Translations under genes and position numbers: made by a program
Notes under the pieces: generated by a model
What the model was told of the DNA's origin: nothing
Database searches by the model: none
What the model saw: only the letters and a program-made list of their open reading frames with translations
NCBI RefSeq assembly: GCF_000195975.1
Contig: NC_005070.1
Location: 1,590,001 to 1,622,000, forward strand
DNA length: 32,000 bases
Direction: 5' to 3'
Origin: Parasynechococcus marenigrum WH 8102
GTDB taxonomy: Bacteria; Cyanobacteriota; Cyanobacteriia; PCC-6307; Cyanobiaceae
Shown: positions 23,748 through 32,000 of the stretch, piece after piece
How the letters are laid out: the number at the start of each line of letters is the position of its first letter
Numbering within the stretch: the first letter of the stretch is position 1

Positions 23748-25843
23748 ACCGCTCCCGTCTGCATTGGGCCCTCATCGCCGCAGCTGCAGCGGGTGTTGGC
23801 GTCGGTGCTGCTCTCGGAACACGGGCGCTGACCAAGCTGATTGACGCGGCTCTGCCGGATGCCCGCGGCATCGCCAACTTCAACCGCCCGGGAACCATCA
23901 CGCTGCTCTCCACGCGGGGGCGCATCATTCAGAAACTGGGGCCAGCCACGCGCGACAAGCTTGAGCCGGGCTCCATGCCCCTGCTGGTTCAACAGGCTTT
24001 TATCGCCGCAGAAGACCGGCGCTTCTTCGACCACGACGGCGTCGATGGCTGGGGAATTGCCCGCGCGGTGGTCACCAACGTCCGGCAGGGATCGGTGCGG
24101 GAAGGCGCCAGCACCATCACCCAGCAGCTGGCTCGCACGGTCTTTCTCAGCCAAGACCGCACCATCGTTCGAAAACTCAAGGAAGCAGCCCTGGCTCTGA
24201 AGCTGGAACGTCAGCTGAGCAAACAGCAGATCCTTGAGCAGTACCTCAACTTTGTGTATCTCGGATCTGGGGCCTATGGCGTAGCGGATGCCGCCTGGAA
24301 CTACTTCTCTAAAACACCCGATCAGCTCACGCTGCCGGAAGCCGCTCTCATCGCTGGTCTTCCCCCGGCACCATCGGTGTACTCACCCCTGGTGAATCCA
24401 GAGCTGGCCCGGCAGCAACGGTCCATCGTGCTGGAGCGGATGCGTCAGGAGGGCTTCATCACCAGTGCTTCGGCCTCAGCGGCCAGGAACTCACCGCTCA
24501 ATCTGAAGCCGGCCATACCGAAGTACTTCAACAGCGCAGCACCGTTCTTCACCAGCTGGGTGGCCCAGGAGCTCCCCAAAATCGTCACCCAGGAACAGCT
24601 GGAAGTGGGCGGACTCAAGGTGCGCACCAGCCTCAACCTCGATTGGCAGACGAAGGCCCAGCAGGTCATTCGTGAGCATGCCCCATTCGACACCGAAGGT
24701 GCCCTCGTCAGCATCCAACCGGGCACCGGCCTCGTTCGCGCCTTGGTGGGAGGGAAGAGCTTCGGCAAGAGCCAGTTCAACCGCGCCACCCAGGCACTTC
24801 GGTCTCCGGGTTCGACCTTCAAACTCTTTCCCTACGCGGCAGCTATCGATCGAGGCATCAAACCCGATGACATCTTGCTCGACGCGCCCCGCTGCTGGCG
24901 GGGCTACTGCCCTAAGAATTTCGGCGGCAAATACTTCGGACCCATTTCCCTCGCAGATGCCCTGAAGAATTCACTGAACACCGTGGCCGTTCAGCTGCAG
25001 GACAAGGTGGGCTTCGACGCCATCATCGAGATCGCCAACGGCTTTGACATCGGGACCAAACGTCCGCTCGGGAAGTATTACCCGATGGCAATCGGGGCCT
25101 ACGAGCAAACGGTGCTGGAGATGGCCGCGGCCTATGCCGGTGTGACGAACCGCGGGGTATTCGTGCAACCGACACCGTTCGAAGAAATCCGCGGTCCGAA
25201 GGATGAACTGATCTGGAGCCGTCGCATTGATGGCGATCGCGGCCGTCGCGCTCTGGATAGCGAGGTGGCTGATGCCATGAACTGGATGCTTCAACGGGTT
25301 GTGACCGGTGGAACAGGCATCGCCGCCAAATTGGACAACCGCCCCGTAGCGGGCAAAACAGGCACCTCAGAGGGAACCCGCGATCTCTGGTTCATCGGCT
25401 CGATCCCGCAGCTCACAACAGCTGTGTGGTTCGGCTACGACAACAACAAGGAAACCAAGAGCAATAGCGGTGAAGCCGCCTGGGCCTGGAAGCAGTTCAT
25501 GGTGCAAATCGAGGACGAGTTTCCTCAGCAGCCATTCCCGGCGAAACCCATTTTGAAACGCCCATTCCAGCCCCCAGGCAAGGCCAAACCCAAGAAAACA
25601 GACAAAAAAGTCCCCTACCGCGGCTACGACTACGAGACCAAGCCCGTCTACACGGCCCCACGCTGGAAGCCCGACCCATCGATGGCTCCTGCGCCTGTCC
25701 CTCTCCCTGACCCGGTCCCTGTCACCCAGCCACTTTTTGACCAAAGTCCAGGCCCTTCAGCTTCACCGGAAGCACCAGGTGAGCCTCCGGCGGAGGTGAA
25801 CGGCCGCCGCAACTGGCTCAAACCGCAGATTCAACGGCGCTGA
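23744..25843 (+). CDS. Class A penicillin-binding protein (bifunctional transglycosylase/transpeptidase, PBP1A type)
   Basis: Transglycosylase motifs: EDRRFFDHDGVD, GASTITQQLAR, RKLKEA. Transpeptidase motifs: SPGSTFK, KNSLNT, AGKTGTS. The C-terminal tail is Pro-rich. The start overlaps the chlG stop. Confidence 0.9.
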   Translation: MNRSRLHWALIAAAAAGVGVGAALGTRALTKLIDAALPDARGIANFNRPGTITLLSTRGRIIQKLGPATRDKLEPGSMPLLVQQAFIAAEDRRFFDHDGVDGWGIARAVVTNVRQGSVREGASTITQQLARTVFLSQDRTIVRKLKEAALALKLERQLSKQQILEQYLNFVYLGSGAYGVADAAWNYFSKTPDQLTLPEAALIAGLPPAPSVYSPLVNPELARQQRSIVLERMRQEGFITSASASAARNSPLNLKPAIPKYFNSAAPFFTSWVAQELPKIVTQEQLEVGGLKVRTSLNLDWQTKAQQVIREHAPFDTEGALVSIQPGTGLVRALVGGKSFGKSQFNRATQALRSPGSTFKLFPYAAAIDRGIKPDDILLDAPRCWRGYCPKNFGGKYFGPISLADALKNSLNTVAVQLQDKVGFDAIIEIANGFDIGTKRPLGKYYPMAIGAYEQTVLEMAAAYAGVTNRGVFVQPTPFEEIRGPKDELIWSRRIDGDRGRRALDSEVADAMNWMLQRVVTGGTGIAAKLDNRPVAGKTGTSEGTRDLWFIGSIPQLTTAVWFGYDNNKETKSNSGEAAWAWKQFMVQIEDEFPQQPFPAKPILKRPFQPPGKAKPKKTDKKVPYRGYDYETKPVYTAPRWKPDPSMAPAPVPLPDPVPVTQPLFDQSPGPSASPEAPGEPPAEVNGRRNWLKPQIQRR

Positions 25844-27165
25844 AGCACGGCGGCATAGAAACCATCACCACCACTTTCAGCATCAGGCCAGCGCTGGGTT
25901 TCATCGAGCAATTTGAGCGCAGGGTGAAGCTCCAGCAGCCAACGAACCTGGGCTGTGTTCTCCGCTGGGTGGATCGTGCAGGTGGCATACACAAGAGTTC
26001 CGGTCTCGGCCAGCAGGGGCAGCAGCCCCTCCAACAGCGATCTCTGGAGGGGCAAGAGGCCCTCAATCGCAGAAGGGGTCATCCGCCAACGCGCATCGGG
26101 ATGACGGGCCAAGGTGCCCAATCCAGAGCAGGGGGCGTCGATCAGGATCCGCTGGAAACGGCCCCGCCACTCGGGACGATCCTTCAGCAGCTGCTCGGCA
26201 TCTGCCGCCAGAGCCTGAATTGAGCCATGGCCAAGCCGGGCCGCATTGGCCGCCACCCGTTTCAACCGACCGGCCGAACGGTCCACCGCCCAGATCTCAG
26301 CCTGATCGTTGACCAACTCCGCCAGATGGGTTGTCTTCCCACCTGGGGCGGCACAGGCATCCAGGATGCGATCACCGGGTTGTGCAGCCAGCAGCGGTGT
26401 TACCCACTGCGCCGCTCGATCCTGAACACACCAGTGGCCGTCGTCGTAGCCGGGCCAGCTGCGCAGATCACCCTTGTGACCCTCCACTTGCAAGCCCTGG
26501 GGACAACCATCGATGGGATGGCTGCTGATCCCGGCACTCTCCAGGGCAGCCATCACCTCCGCCCTTGATGCCCGCAAGGGATTGACCCTGAGATCAAGGG
26601 AGGGCACCTGATTGCAGGCTGCCGCCACGGCGGCAGCCCCCTCTGCCCCTCGCCATTGCAGCAGCAGCGGCGGTAACCAGTCCGGCAGGGAATGCTCGAG
26701 GGCGAGAGCAGCAGCCCAGTCGGCGGGTGTGTCCAACAACTGGCCAGACTCGCGAGCACGCAGAGCGGAGCGCAGCATGCCGTTGACCACAGGGGCCAGA
26801 CGGGCCAGACCAACAGCCTTCGCCAGATCCACAGTGGTGTTCACCGCAGCGGAAGCGGGGATGCGCTCCATCCAGAGCAACTGATAAAGGCCAACGTGCA
26901 GGAGCCAGCGCAGCTTGGGCGGTTGCTTCGACGCCGGAATCCTGCCCAGCCGGTCCAGCCAGGCATCCAGGGGGCGACGCCGGCGGATCGCTCCATAGGC
27001 CAGCTCCGTGGCCAGGCCCCGATCGGCTCCAGCCAGGGGATGCTCGCGCAAGGCCCGTTCCAGAGCGACATCGGCATAGGCCCCTGCCGCCACCGCCTGC
27101 AGCACCTCCCAGGCGAGTCTCCGTGGAGCCAATCCTTTGGTTTGCGGCTGCGTCAATCCAGTCAA
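25831..27165 (-). CDS. rsmB: 16S rRNA (cytosine-C5)-methyltransferase RsmB/Sun
   Basis: NusB-like N-terminal domain. Methyltransferase motifs: ILDACAAPGGKTTHLAEL, ILIDAPCSGLGTLARHPD, LVYATCTIHPAEN. The 3' end overlaps the PBP gene convergently by 13 nt. Confidence 0.9.
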   Translation of the reverse strand: MTGLTQPQTKGLAPRRLAWEVLQAVAAGAYADVALERALREHPLAGADRGLATELAYGAIRRRRPLDAWLDRLGRIPASKQPPKLRWLLHVGLYQLLWMERIPASAAVNTTVDLAKAVGLARLAPVVNGMLRSALRARESGQLLDTPADWAAALALEHSLPDWLPPLLLQWRGAEGAAAVAAACNQVPSLDLRVNPLRASRAEVMAALESAGISSHPIDGCPQGLQVEGHKGDLRSWPGYDDGHWCVQDRAAQWVTPLLAAQPGDRILDACAAPGGKTTHLAELVNDQAEIWAVDRSAGRLKRVAANAARLGHGSIQALAADAEQLLKDRPEWRGRFQRILIDAPCSGLGTLARHPDARWRMTPSAIEGLLPLQRSLLEGLLPLLAETGTLVYATCTIHPAENTAQVRWLLELHPALKLLDETQRWPDAESGGDGFYAAVLQRR

Positions 27166-27168
27166 CCC

Positions 27169-27507
27169 TCAGGATCCAGACATAGCGTCCGGCCGCCACA
27201 GCCGTTCCTTCAACGGCAAACGACCCTCCTCATCCACAGGGACACCCTCCGCCAGCAACAGCTCCCGCTGGATCCAGTCGCTGCCCTCGCGGCTGAGGCT
27301 CATTGAAATACGCCCCTGAGCATTCACCACCCGATGCCAGGGCACGTTTGACGGTAACGGCAGGCGACGCAAGGCCCACCCCACCTGCCGGGCACAGCCA
27401 TAGGCACCGATCAGATCAGCGATCTGTCCGTAGGTGGCAAGGCGGCCATGGGGAATGCGAGACACCGCATCCCATACGCTCGAATCAAAGGAAATGCGGT
27501 CGCCCAT
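27169..27507 (-). CDS. Alkyltransferase-like protein (ATL; MGMT-family DNA-binding domain with Trp replacing the active-site Cys)
   Basis: VWDAVSRIPHGRLATYGQIADLIGAYGCARQVGWALRRLPLPSNVPWHRVVNAQGRIS has PWHRV in place of the PCHRV of active O6-alkylguanine transferases, as in E. coli YbaZ. The start is uncertain: ATG at 27507, or further upstream up to 27618. Confidence 0.8.
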   Translation of the reverse strand: MGDRISFDSSVWDAVSRIPHGRLATYGQIADLIGAYGCARQVGWALRRLPLPSNVPWHRVVNAQGRISMSLSREGSDWIQRELLLAEGVPVDEEGRLPLKERLWRPDAMSGS

Positions 27508-28195
27508 GCCCCTGCTGCCCAGACGGTTTGAACGGCTGAAATCCGTTTTGAACCATCGCATGGCAGATCTGACCGTGCTGCTGGAGCACGTGGAGAAGCC
27601 CCACAACCTGTCCGCCATCCTGCGCAGTTGCGATGCGGTGGGCGCCCTCGAGGCTCACATCGTCAGCCTGCAGGGACGAACGCGCACCTTCAACAGCACC
27701 GCCCAGGGCAGTCAGAAATGGGTGCCCCTGAACGACCACCCAACCATTGAAACCGCAATCGGCAGCCTGAAAGACAGGGGATTTCGGGTCTACGGCACCC
27801 ACCTCGGGGTTGAAGCGAAGGACTACCGGGACTGTGACTTCACCGGCCCTACCGCTTTTGTGCTGGGGGCGGAGAAATGGGGCCTGACCGATCGAGCTCG
27901 GGATTTGATGGATGAGGCACTGTTCATCCCGATGCGGGGCATGGTGCAGTCCCTCAATGTTTCGGTCGCCACGGCCACCCTGCTGTTTGAAGCACTACGG
28001 CAGAGGCAGGCGGCCGGAACAGCGCCAAGCCAGGGCGAGGGGTTGTCAGCAGACCACTACACAAAGTTGCTGTTCGAGTGGTCTTACCCCCAAGTCGCCG
28101 ACTGGTGCAGGGAGCAGGGGCGTCCTTACCCGGAACTCAATGCAGACGGAGAACTGCTGGAAGACTTGCCACGAACGGTGAAGTTGCGCTGCTGA
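27506..28195 (+). CDS. trmH: tRNA (guanosine-2'-O)-methyltransferase, SpoU/TrmH family
   Basis: MPLLPRRFERLKSVLNHRMADLTVLLEHVEKPHNLSAILRSCDAVG, IPMRGMVQSLNVSVATATLLFEA, and a C-terminal LLFEWSYPQVADWCREQGRPYP are collinear with E. coli TrmH as I recall it. Confidence 0.85.
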   Translation: MPLLPRRFERLKSVLNHRMADLTVLLEHVEKPHNLSAILRSCDAVGALEAHIVSLQGRTRTFNSTAQGSQKWVPLNDHPTIETAIGSLKDRGFRVYGTHLGVEAKDYRDCDFTGPTAFVLGAEKWGLTDRARDLMDEALFIPMRGMVQSLNVSVATATLLFEALRQRQAAGTAPSQGEGLSADHYTKLLFEWSYPQVADWCREQGRPYPELNADGELLEDLPRTVKLRC

Positions 28196-28261
28196 TTTGA
28201 GCCCGGCCCCTTGCCGATGGGGGCGCCGCTGAGCCATAACCGAATCAGCGAATTGTCAGGA

Positions 28262-28435
28262 ATGGACGACAAAGCAATGCACGACTACGCAGTCACGTAT
28301 CACTGCGGTGAGGAATGGGGTGAGGAGATGCTTAAGTCCGTCGATCTCGGCCAGGCGGTGGAGGCAGCCCATGCCCTGTTCCCAAGTTCCTGCAGGATTT
28401 CCATCCGTGAGGTGAAACCACCCATCAGCCGCTGA
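28262..28435 (+). CDS. Hypothetical protein (57 aa)
   Basis: ATG at 28262 within track ORF 28211..28435 (MDDKAMHDYAVTYHCGEEWGEEMLKSVDLGQAVEAAHALFPSSCRISIREVKPPISR). No recognisable family. Confidence 0.45.
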   Translation: MDDKAMHDYAVTYHCGEEWGEEMLKSVDLGQAVEAAHALFPSSCRISIREVKPPISR

Positions 28436-28454
28436 ATCGTGAGCCGCTGAATCA

Positions 28455-28670
28455 TCAGTGGTTTGATCGCGACGCCAATGGCAAGCGCAGGGCCGCAACC
28501 AGAGCAACGCTTTCCAGCAACAGGTTCTGGCTGACCAACACCACCACAACGATCAGCAGAGCTGCCAGCAACCGCTCCAGCAGGCCGATCACATCGTCAG
28601 GATTTTTGCGGCCCGACATCCACAGCATCACCGAGATCGCCAGGAACAGCAAGCTGGTCCACCAGGGCAT
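28455..28670 (-). CDS. Small membrane protein (71 aa, two predicted TM helices)
   Basis: Track ORF MPWWTSLLFLAISVMLWMSGRKNPDDVIGLLERLLAALLIVVVVLVSQNLLL... It lies just upstream of the permease gene on the same strand. Confidence 0.5.
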   Translation of the reverse strand: MPWWTSLLFLAISVMLWMSGRKNPDDVIGLLERLLAALLIVVVVLVSQNLLLESVALVAALRLPLASRSNH

Positions 28671-28690
28671 GGCGTGAAAAACCGGTTACC

Positions 28691-29599
28691 TCAGTTTGAC
28701 GTCGGTCGGTTCTCTGCGCCGCTCACCCAGGCCTCGATGCCCTCGCCCAGGAAAGACAGGCCCAGCACCAGGATGAACATGGCCAACCCTGGAAACAGGG
28801 CGGTCCACCACACGCCGGTGGGCACGGCTGCTAGCGCCAGATTGAGGTCTCCACCCCATTCGGGCACGGTTTCGGGAAGCCCAAGGCCCAAAAAGCCCAG
28901 GCCCCCCAACACCAGCACAGCATCAGCTGCGTTGAGGGTGAGCAGCACCGGCACCGAGGTGATCACGTTGCGGAAGAGGTAGCGGCGCAGGATCCAGAAC
29001 GGCCCTGCGCCGAGGGTGCGGGCGGCTTCCACGAACAGTTCACTCTTCACCTGAGCCGTCTGGTTGCGCACCACCCGGAAGTACTGCGGCACATACACCA
29101 CACAGAGGGCAGCGGCGGCATTGGGGATGCCCTTGCCCAGCAGAAACGCCAAAACCACAGAGAGCAACAACACCGGCAGGGTGTAGAGCGTGTCCATCAG
29201 CAGCACCAGCACCCGGTCCACAGCCCCGCCGAGGTAACCGCTCACCATCCCCAGGGGAACACCCACCAGCAGGGCCAGCCCCACAGCCAGCAGCACCACC
29301 TGCAGAGCCACACCGCTGCCGGCCATGGTGCGCATGCAAACGTCGCGCCCCAGACGATCCGTGCCGCACCAATGCTCAACGGTGGGGGGCGCATAGATCG
29401 GATTGGCAAGGCCGGCATTGGCATCGGGCAACCAACCCAGGGCCACCAGCAACGGTGTGACCAGAGCGACGACGCCATAGATGCCGACGATTACGAGCCC
29501 CCAACGGGCCATCCGTGTGGAAAGGCTGAGGCTCAAAACCGGGGTTGCAACCAATGGGTGCATCATCCCCCCAGGTTGTGAGCCCGCAACGGTCATCAA
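28691..29599 (-). CDS. ABC transporter permease, oligopeptide/dipeptide/nickel (DppC/OppC) type
   Basis: The N-terminal region RWGLVIVGIYGVVALVTPLL...HWCGTDRLGRDV is typical of DppC/OppC. An EAA-like loop is present (FVEAARTLGAGPFWILRRYLFRNV). Six hydrophobic segments. Confidence 0.85.
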   Translation of the reverse strand: MMTVAGSQPGGMMHPLVATPVLSLSLSTRMARWGLVIVGIYGVVALVTPLLVALGWLPDANAGLANPIYAPPTVEHWCGTDRLGRDVCMRTMAGSGVALQVVLLAVGLALLVGVPLGMVSGYLGGAVDRVLVLLMDTLYTLPVLLLSVVLAFLLGKGIPNAAAALCVVYVPQYFRVVRNQTAQVKSELFVEAARTLGAGPFWILRRYLFRNVITSVPVLLTLNAADAVLVLGGLGFLGLGLPETVPEWGGDLNLALAAVPTGVWWTALFPGLAMFILVLGLSFLGEGIEAWVSGAENRPTSN

Positions 29600-29853
29600 C
29601 CCACCGCCTCCGAGCGAATGCTCTGATCACCGCGCTGCTGCTCCAGCTTGAGCAACAACACCGGCAGATGCGGGTGATCGGCGATTCCCGCATGATCCAC
29701 GCCATCAAGAACCACCCGGTTCTGATAGGCACCGCCGCTGGCAACACCAATCTTATCCAGGTGGACTATTCCACCAACAGCAGCTCCTCACTGACAACCA
29801 AAGTGAGCACCACCCTGTCGATCCCCGCTCAAGGTTGGTGCCCCACCTAGGGC

Positions 29854-31674
<1,821 letters not shown>

Positions 31675-31757
31675 GCAGCAGCGGAATCCCGTCTCGGGTC
31701 CAAGGTTCTTCGTTGAACCAATCCTAAGGAGGGGTCACCAGTGCCGATGAACCACCG

Positions 31758-32000
31758 ATGTCTCTGAGCAATCCCTGGACCCTGCTGCTGCTGGCCATAA
31801 GCGCTGAGGTGATCGGCACCTCCTGCCTGCGCCTGTCGGAGGGCATGACCAAGCCCGTACCGACCCTGCTGGTGTTTCTGGCCTATGCCATTGCCATGGC
31901 CCTGCTCTCCAAGGTGGTGCTGAGCATTCCCCTGGGCATCACCTATGCCCTGTGGAGCGGCATCGGCACCGTGGTGATCGTGCTGGTGGGCCGCTTCGCC
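31758..32000 (+). CDS. Small multidrug resistance (SMR/EmrE-like) transporter, 3'-truncated by the window edge
   Basis: The reading MSLSNPWTLLLLAISAEVIGTSCLRLSEGMTKPVPTLLVFLAYAIAMALLSKVVLSIPLGITYALWSGIGTVVIVLVGRFA has the conserved membrane-embedded Glu in TM1 (AISAEVIGT). It also has the ITYALWSGIG motif. Confidence 0.8.
   Translation, partial: MSLSNPWTLLLLAISAEVIGTSCLRLSEGMTKPVPTLLVFLAYAIAMALLSKVVLSIPLGITYALWSGIGTVVIVLVGRFA

Overview
All calls below come from reading the sequence and recognising motifs by eye; nothing was searched or computed. The window is visibly GC-rich cyanobacterial core genome that looks like marine Synechococcus. Recognisable core genes are chlG, hisF, menG/ubiE, glyQ, lepA, a class A PBP, rsmB, trmH, an ATL protein and a PetP/DUF2862-like protein.

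Between about 1760 and 16980 the core is interrupted by a ~15 kb island of visibly lower GC. It sits at the 3' end of a tRNA-Ser(CGA) gene (16983-17069, minus strand). The island is composite:
- A 14-bp core, GAACGGAGAGGGTG, contains the last 11 nt of the tRNA. It occurs three times in the same orientation, at 4070, 10930 and 16980.
- These copies delimit two tandem 6-7 kb integrative elements. Each has its own P4-type tyrosine integrase and its own private short-repeat family at both element ends (candidate arm-type sites).
- An integrase-less remnant lies at 1760-4069.
- The tRNA-proximal integrase has a single in-frame TAG. The distal integrase is intact.

Island cargo is mostly small or orphan genes:
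- a GT-D-like protein
- two tandem paralogous mini membrane peptides
- an orphan HsdR C-terminal domain
- AlpA-like regulators, one of them broken
- secreted cysteine-containing proteins next to an M48-type metallopeptidase

Structure not explained by genes:
- a five-unit tandem array (4326-4533) whose 42-bp unit matches an internal segment of the tRNA-Ser gene
- an ORF-poor stretch (about 4600-6200) with four minus-strand intrinsic terminators, mini-ORFs, and two hairpins whose loops are 9-nt complementary

In the core flank, comEC is broken by one frameshift and two nonsense codons, and a 2OG-oxygenase-like gene carries an in-frame TAG. I saw no rRNA, CRISPR array or IS transposase.
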